NCBI GenBank assembly: GCA_023213395.1
Contig: CM041465.1
Location: 233,623,741 to 233,687,740 of the forward strand
DNA: 64,000 nucleotides
Origin: Cycas panzhihuaensis
Taxonomy: Eukaryota > Plantae > Cycadophyta
Direction: 5' to 3'
Shown: positions 55,801-64,000 of the stretch, one piece after another
Numbering within the stretch: position 1 is the stretch's first letter
How the letters are laid out: each line of letters begins with the position of its first letter
Position numbers and translations under genes: made by a program
Notes under the pieces: generated by a model
What the model saw: only the letters and a program-made list of their open reading frames with translations
Database searches by the model: none
What the model was told of the DNA's origin: nothing

Positions 55801-58383
55801 TTCCACATCAAAAGATACATCTAGAAGAGGATTTGAAGTTACAAAATTAGTATCAAAGGTATTATCAAATTCTATAAACTTCTCTACAAGAGTTTCAAAG
55901 TTAAGTGTCTTTAATATTCCACTTAATTAAAGACTCCTAAGTAAGTTTTTATAATCAAGTACATGTAGATAGGACTATATGAGGATTGCCAATGTAATAC
56001 ACTGGGTTTTAAGATCTTTATATATTTCTTATTTGATTGGTCAAAGGAGGTTGATTATTTCATGTGCACATCCCTTCTGCATCTTTATCTTGTTCATCTT
56101 TAAGACTAGATGAACAAATTCAAGGTCAAACTTTACATCAAAATTCTTTTTAAGAACCTTGAGGACTTTTTAGGCTGTATCGTGTTGTTATTCATTAATT
56201 AGATTATGCAAGGAGTCATCAGTCACCAATAGAATACCTGCATGAATCTTCTCATCATCGATTTCTTATTGTAATTTAGCTACAAGATCTATTGGAGCTA
56301 CAAGTAGAATTCCTCCAAAGGCAGATATCGTTGTTGTCGTAGGAATGATAGGTGTAAGTTGTAGATGGGCTCTCTAAAGGCCTTCATACTTAGTATCATT
56401 CTTGACGCTCGTATACCATAGATCCCAATTGTCTTTCCTTTTTAAGATGCAATTTACATTCTGCTTAAATTGAGAAGACATGGTGAAGATGATGAAGTAA
56501 AATAGAGTGAAGAAATAGTAAATGAAAATACCACTAACACGTGGCTGATGCACCTAGTGTAGTAGGGAGAAATATGATTAAGTAGCAAGCAATAATAATA
56601 GGCCACCAACACTTGTAGTAAATACTCTTAACGTAATAGGGTTTGATGATGTGTATAAATGGTAATATAAGGATCACAAAGATAAATAATATATCATGTT
56701 ATCATAAAATCAAGATTATGTCCATGTAGAAGCTTACATGTGGGTGTACATAACTAAAAAACTAAGTCTAATATAGGATGTGTGATCAAACCCAAACCTC
56801 TATGTCAAGTCTAAAGTAGTTGAGGTGTCTATGCCTAAGAGGGATTCTAGTACACATATTAGGATCTTCACCTGTGATACTCACACATATGCTTGGTGAT
56901 GAAATCTAAGTTACAGTGGAGCCTAAGTACTCCTAGTCCTCACCGAGTTCACTAGTGAGAAATTATATACCTCCTTCGAAGAGCTAAATGATAAGTGCAT
57001 ATCCTACAACTATGACTGATATTGGACTGGTATATTTTAATCTTGATTAAAGTTTTCAGTTTTTCCAGGTGGTTATCAAGATTATCCCTGATTGGAGCCC
57101 ATAGGTATGACTAACCTTTTTCTCTATCACTATTTTAGTTAAAACTAGATCCAGTATAAAACTCACACCTCCATTAGGGCCCAGACTTTAGCCAACCATG
57201 GTCTATTTCAACCAAGGCAAGTGTGTGCATAAGTCAAGAACTAGTGGTATAAGTCATACATATGAGATTCCTTTTAGGAAATAATGTAAGTTATTTTCGA
57301 ATAACTTGAACTAAAATAGAAAGATGCTAAATGCACTTGTTTGCCTTTTGTGCTTGCTTTGTTGTTATTACTATTTTATGTGTTGCTTTATGCTATGTGT
57401 GAAAATAGAAAGAGCATACTAGATTTAGTAGAGGAACCAAATGTTACTTCTGATCTAAGGTTTCCCTTACTTTAGTATAATATTTCCAAATAAATTTTTA
57501 TAAATTTCAATACAAAAGCCACAAAGAGTAAAAAAATGAATCAACTTACTATTAAAATATTAATTTTTCTAAATCTATATGCATACTATTTTGCCTTATT
57601 TTATGATTTTTTTTCCCATAAAATTTATAAATAATAATAAATGGGTAAAATTTTCTAAAAATTACAAATATGGAGGCCTAAATGATGGAATTTAAATATA
57701 TAATAGAAGAAAAAAGTGTTCAAAATGTCGTTTCTGATAAGATAGTGAAGTCATATTTCTAAAAAGATATAATTTATTTTTTGCCCAAAAAAAACATAAA
57801 AGCATAATCTTACTAGATTCACTACCCTAAAATTCAAACTTCAATATGTTAAAAGCTTCATCTTGACATGTACATCAACTTTTCCTTTTGTATTATCTCT
57901 AAAAATAGCAAAAAAACTGCTTGGAACACACTCACAATATTTTTTGTGGGGTTGAGTAGCCTGAAAACTACAAAGATCTCATTAACCAATGGATGAAATT
58001 TGATGAGATTTATCTCAAAATACTCTTGAGTCATAAATTTACTAGATCCCTAAAAATAACTTATATATTTTTAGCTCATATTTAAAGGATTTCATTGAGA
58101 AAAGTGCCCTAGGTCACTCATCCACAAATTTTAACCTTTTGTTTCAACTAAAACTAGCTATTGCAGGTTGAATTTGAAGATACTCTAGAAGAAAAAAAAT
58201 GATCCTCTTGGTAAGGTGACTCTACATGTCAAATTTCATTAAAATATCAGATGGTCAAAATTTTCATAAAATTTTATGTCTTCAATGCTTCTAGGGCTAT
58301 TTTAGCAACCAAACGACTTCAAAAATTTATTTTTTTTACCTCTAAAATTTTGCACAGATAGAAAATGTGGCAACATATAAAAT

Positions 58384-61300
58384 TGTTGGATATTGTGACA
58401 ACAATTATCGAGCTAAAATTTTGGCATATTTTCGGTGTGGTTTCCCCCCCCAAATCTTTCTTGGGGGGTTCCAAGGGAGGCAGGAGCCCCTCTTAGTCAG
58501 GGGGTGGGGGGGGTTTGGGGGCAATAGCCCTAACCCAAAAAATTAGCCATGTAAACCTTATCAAAATGTAAAGAGAATCAAGGTCGTTTGATACAAATAC
58601 CCTAGATTCTATAGTTGAGAATTATGTCTTGGATGTTCCTCTCATGTAGCCCATTTTTAGGGTTTTTCTTATTATGTTATAATGGAATGTAATGTACTGT
58701 GAAGAGGGCAACGACTGGTTGTTGTTCCAGAGAGTACTCTATAACCTGAGATGTATTATTTCTCTATTCTACAGTAATAAAGCTCAATACCTTTCCTGTG
58801 TGGATGTTTCCCTAGCACATTGCTAGGGTTTTACCACGTTATATCGGGTGCATATGTGATGTTTGGCTTTCATTTTCATATTATTGTATAATCTCTGATT
58901 TTAGAACTTGCATATAATTTTAAGTTTTAATTTCTGTAACTAGTTGTAAGAATGTAATAGATCTTGGTGGTGGTTAAAGGGTTGGACCTTGTATTCTCAA
59001 CAAGTGGTATCAGAGCCACTCTTTTTATTGTAGCGAGTTTGTGAAAGTTTTTGGTGTCAGTTTTTTTACACCAAATGACGAAACTAGTAGGTGCAAAGTT
59101 CGAGGTGGAGAAATTCAATGGCAAGAACAACTTCGAGTTATGGAAGCTAAAAGTGTATGATATTCTTGTATAGCAAGGTTTGTACAAAGCCCTTGCAGGC
59201 AAATCGAAGAAACCCGTAGAGATGGACGATGATGAATGAGATGATTTAGATAAGAAGGCACTTAGCACAATATGATTGTACTTGGCAGATAAAGTTTTGT
59301 TTAACATCACAGGGGAGCAGACAATAGCCAAATTATGGACCTAGTTGGAAGGCCTGTATATGACCAAATCAGTAATGAATCGAATCTATCTGAAGAGGTA
59401 ACTGTACTCGTTATGGATGAAGGAAGGTATAAAAATTGCTAACCATTTAAATGTTTTTAATACTCTTATTTGTCAATTGACTAGTATTGATGTTAAAATT
59501 GAGGATGAGGATAAGGCTATTACCCTATTATGCTCATTACCTGAATCTTGGGATAATATTGTCACCTCAATTAGTTTTAGCACTATAGATAAATTGGAAT
59601 ATGACTATGTTATGAGTGCTTTGCTAATGGAAGAAGTGCAGAGGAAGTCTAGTCTTAAAACCTCCATACTAGAAGCCATGACAATAAGGGATATTACGTT
59701 TGAGAGAGGACAAAACTTTAGGGATATATCGAGGTCCAAGTCAAAGAGCAAAAAGAGTAAGCTTAGGTGTTGGAATTGTAATAAGACCGGTCACCTCAAG
59801 AAGGATTGTTACAAAAGGAAGGAGTTCTAGAAAAAGGAAGATCCTACTAAGGAGGTGAATTAGGTAGAGTCAAATTAAGGTATGGATGATGATGTCTTGG
59901 TTGCTTGTAATATTTCTCATTATCACCATGACTGGTTATTAGATTTAGGTACTTCACACCACATGTGTCCACATAAGAGTTGGTTCTCATCATACCAACC
60001 TCTTGATGGTGGTGATGTGCTTATGGGAAATGAAGTTTCTTGTAAGACAGTAGGCATTGGTAGCATCAGAATTAAGATGTTCAATGGGGTAGTCAGAATA
60101 TTAATTGAGGTTAGACATGTACTTGATTTGAAAAGGAATCTGATTTCCTAAGGTGAATTAGATTTGGGTGGTTTTAAGCATATAGGTCATGAAGGAGTCC
60201 TAAATGTGTCAAAGGGCGCCTTGGTTGTTATGAAATCCTTAAAGAAAGGAAATCTTTACATTTTAGTAGGAAGTACATTTGTCATACAAGCAGCTATAGC
60301 GTTAAATACTACAGAAGATCCAACTTAGCTATGGCATCAGAGACTTGGGCACATGAGTGAGAGAGGACTTAAGGTGCTGATAAACTGTAAGTTGCTTCCT
60401 AACTTGCAGCTTTTAGACTTAGCTTTCTGTAAACATTATGTTTTTAGAAAATAGTGTAGACTCAGGTTTAAAGTAGGGAGTCACACTAGTAAAGGTGTTC
60501 TGGATTACATACATTTAGATGTATAGGGACCAGCCCCTAAAATATCTTATGGAGGATCATTGTATTTTGTCACATTTATAGATGATTACTCCAGGAAGGT
60601 ATGGGTCTATTTTTTGAAAAGGAAATCTGAAGTGTTTAGTGTGTTTAAGCAGTTTAAGGCTTTAGTTGAGAATAGCACTGGTAAGACAATCAAATATTTA
60701 AGAATTGACAATGGAGGTGAGTTTAACTCTTTGGAATTTAAGAATTATTACAGAGAAGCTAAGATCGAAAGATAGAAGACCACTAGCTATACTCTATAGC
60801 AAAATGACATTACTGAGTGCATGAATATGACACTCTTGGAAAGAGCAAGAAGTATGCTAAGTAATGTAGGAGTGGAGCAGGGCTTGTGGGCAGAAACTAT
60901 TCAAACAACTTGCTATCTGGTAAACAGGTCACCATCACTTGCAATAGATTGCAAAATTCCCGAAGAGGTATGGACTGGACATCCATGTGATTATTCAAAT
61001 TTAAAAGTTTTTGGTTGTGATGCTTATGCCTAGACTGACAACAGTAAACGTTCAAAGTTAGACCTAAAATCCAAGAGATATATCTTTGTTGGTTATGGTG
61101 ATAAGGATGATATGAAGGAATACAGGTTGTGGGATCCTACTGCCCATAAAATCACCATTAACAGAGATGTCATATTTGATGAATCTCCCATTGTAAAATC
61201 AGACAGTGTAGAAGCTGAAATGAAACAGGAGTAGCAAGATGAACATTAACAAGTCAAGTTTGAAATGTAACCATCTATGGAATCAGAAGAGCATGAAGAT

Positions 61301-63670
61301 CTTTCTGAAGATGAATCAACAACAGATTCACAGGAGTATGTAGACACTCCTCTACCAACAGTTAGAAGATCTACACGAGTTAATCATCCACCTAATAGGT
61401 ACAACCCTTCTATTTCTATTCTTTAGTTTCTAATGATGGTGAGCCCACATGTTATCAAGAAGCAGTAGATGATATCTATGGAGAGAAGTGGATAAGGGCT
61501 ATGCAGGAAGAGATAGATGCTTTGAAGAAAAATAATTTATGGAACTTGGTAGAACTTCCACATGGTAGGAAGACTATTGGCTGCAAGTGGGTTTTCAAAA
61601 AGAAAACAGCTGTTGATGGAAAGGTTGATAAATATAGGGTAAGACTTGTGGCTAAAGGTTTTGCATAGAAAGCAGGTATTAGCTTTCATGAGATCTTTTC
61701 ACCAGTTGTTAAACTAATTTCAATTTGAGTGTTGTTAGCATTGGTAGCTTCTCTCGATTTGGAGTTGGAGTAGTTAGATGTAAAAATAACTTTTCTACAT
61801 AGAGATTTAGATGAGGAGATCTATATGGATCAACCAGAAGGGTTTGTACAAGATGGCAGGAAAAGACTTATTTGCAGGCTCAAGGAAATCATTGTATGGT
61901 CTGAAGCAATCACGTAGGCAGTGGTACAAGAAGTTTGATACCTTCATGGAGAGCCAAAATTTCAAAAGAAGTGAGTATGATCATTGTGTTTACTTTAAAT
62001 TTATGGACAATGGCTTATTCATTATCTTGGTGTTATATGTTAATGACATACTGGTTACAAGCAAGAGCATGGAAGAAATCAATAAGCTAAAGGCTCAATT
62101 GGCTAGGACTTTTGATATGAAGGATCTAGGAGCTGTAAAATAAATCTTAGGCATGGAGATACACAAAGACATGAAAAATGGTAAGCTATAGTTATCACAA
62201 CAGAAATATGTGGAGAAGGTGCTAACCAGGTTTGGTATGGCAAATGTGAAACCAGTGAGTATCCTATTGGCTTCCCACTTCAAGCTTTCTTCAAATATGA
62301 GTCCTAGTAGTGAAGAAGAAAAGGCTTGTATGTCTTATGTGCCTTATGCCAGTGCAGTAGGAAGTTTGATGTATGCCATGGTATGTAAAAGACCTGCTAT
62401 TTCACATGCAGTCAGTGTAGTTAGCAGGTTTATGGAAAATCTAGGAACGGAACGTTAGGCTATAGTGAAATGGGTGCTTCGGTACTTGAGAGGTACGAGT
62501 GATTACTGCATCACCTTTGGAGGTAAAGATAATCAGGTTTGTAGATATATTGATTCAGACCTTATAGAAGATTTAGACAAAAGAAGGTCTACTTCAGGTT
62601 ATATTTTTACTCTTGCAAATAGTCTAGTTAGTTGGATGCCCAAATTACAGAGTACAATTATACTGTCAACCATGGAAGCTGAATATGTTGCTACAACACA
62701 TGCTTATAAAGAAGTAATCTGGTTACAGGGTCTATTGGTTGAGCTTGGAAGGATACAGGAAAATATAAAGGTATTTTATGATAGTTAAAGTGCCATTTAC
62801 TTAGCCAAGAATCCAGCTTATCACAGTAGAATAAAGCATATTGCTCTTAAGTACCATTTTGTTAGACAGGTTGTGGAAACAGGTGGAGTGGCACTTGAGA
62901 AGATTTACACCAATCAGAATTATGCTAATATATTCACAAAACCAGTACTATTAGAGAATTTCAAATGGTATTTGACTTCTCTTGGCTTACAGAAAAGATG
63001 ATGAAGGATCCAGGAAAGGTACCAGGTAATTGTTGTCAAGGTGGAGATTGTTGGATATTGTGACAACAATTATCGAGCTAAAATTTTGGCATGTTTTTGG
63101 CGTAGTTTCCTCCTCCCTAATCTTTCTTAGTGGGTTCCAAGGGAGGCGGGAGCCCCCCTTGGTCGGGGGGTGCGGGGGGGTTTGGGGGTGATAGCCCCCA
63201 ACTCAAAAAATTAGCCACGTAAACCTTATCAAAATGTAAAGAGAATCAGGGTTGTTTGATACAAATACCCTAGATTCTATTGTTGAGATTTAGGTCTTGG
63301 ATGTTCCTCTCATGTAGCCCATTTTTAGGGCTTTTCTTATTATGTTGTAATGGAATGTAATGTACTATGAAGAGGGCAGCGATTGGTTATTGTTCCAGAG
63401 AGCACTATGTAACCTAAGATGTATTGTTTCTCCATTCTACAGTAATAAAGCTCAATACCTTTCCTATGTGGATGTTTCCTTAGCACACTACTAGGGTTTT
63501 ACCATGTTATATCAAGTGCATATGTGATATTTAGCTTTCATTTTCATATTATTGTATAATTTTTGATTTTAGAACTTGCATGTAATTTTAAGTTTTGATT
63601 TCTGTAACTAGTTGTAAAAATGTAATAGATCTTGGTGGCGGTTAAAGGGTTGGACCTTGTATTCTCAACA
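58384..63670 (+). mobile_element. Complete Copia element F (Tnt1/Tork-like): LTRs 58384-59002 and 63049-63670, TSD AAAAT
   Basis: TG..CA LTRs of 619 and 622 bp; perfect TSD at 58379-83 and 63671-75; PBS TGGTATCAGAGC at 59005; PPT AAGGTGGAGAT. Confidence 0.98.
59075..63001 (+). pseudogene. Copia F gag-pol with many premature stops
   Basis: KFEVEKFNGKNNFELWK, LLCSLPESW, CWNCNKTGHLKKDC, WLLD.G.SHHM, WHQRLGHMSE, FIDDYSRKVWVY, CKWVFK.K, LYV(N)DIL, RRSTSGY, EAEYVA. Confidence 0.95.
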
Positions 63671-64000
63671 AAAATAATATAATTTTAAGCTCTCTAATAC
63701 AAAATAAAGTTCTCAAATAAGCTCTCAAGCTCATATGAATTATGAGTGAGAGGCATTAATGGCTCTGTGCAATCCTAGTGGGGAAATGTGGTCAACAATG
63801 GCTCTGATACCAATTGTTAGGTGAAGGATCTAGTTGCCACACTCTACTACACTAAAGCAATAGCACATAATAAGAGCAAAATGAAGAGAACAAGATTGAG
63901 AGCAAAAATGAGAGATGAGAATTATGACTCTTCCTTTCACATTTAGCCTTATATATCAGAGGATATACATTAATATTTCTAAAGGAGTTTCTAACCTAAT

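Larger units (their letters stand above)
51224..64000 (-). mobile_element. Decayed Copia element E: 3' LTR 51224-51528, gag-pol about 51965-56481, long leader interrupted by Copia F, PBS 63801-63812, 5' LTR from 63815 off the window edge
   Basis: LTR copies align (GGTGAAGGATCTAGTTG.CACACT..); perfect rc TGGTATCAGAGC; PPT rc AAGGGGGGGA at 51531-40; WHAHMGH, SDLCKP, PQQNRV, KWVYK.K, HKAKLV.KGFTQ.EGI.Y, LDVK..FLNGD, TKYI, FTKPL. Confidence 0.93.

Overview
This is eukaryotic, AT-rich, CpG-depleted plant DNA made almost entirely of nested retrotransposons; I found no host gene, RNA gene or CRISPR array. In order: a near-intact L1 LINE (minus strand, running off the left edge) inserted into a decayed Copia; two convergent Copia gag-PR fragments; a non-coding LTR element (13.4-21.8 kb) holding an Athila/Tat-like Gypsy that lacks PR and RT; a chromovirus-type Gypsy split by a Copia (which carries another Copia) and by a second full chromovirus with TSD GTAAG; poorly resolved LTR-like DNA (40.3-45.2 kb); a ~4.7 kb (TA)n-type array; and a minus-strand Copia carrying a complete Tnt1/Tork-like Copia with TSD AAAAT. 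Old elements show strong C>T/G>A decay, including outside CG. I see no convincing new biological system. The best leads are the leader of the 32.3-38.8 kb chromovirus (no tRNA PBS, possible self-priming, repeated stem-loops), a gag duplication joined by a locally templated minisatellite, a tandem array of PBS copies, a Copia whose gag is replaced by unassigned sequence, and the strand-polarity blocks of the TA array. All alignments and counts were done by eye; lineage names come from motif recognition, not database hits.
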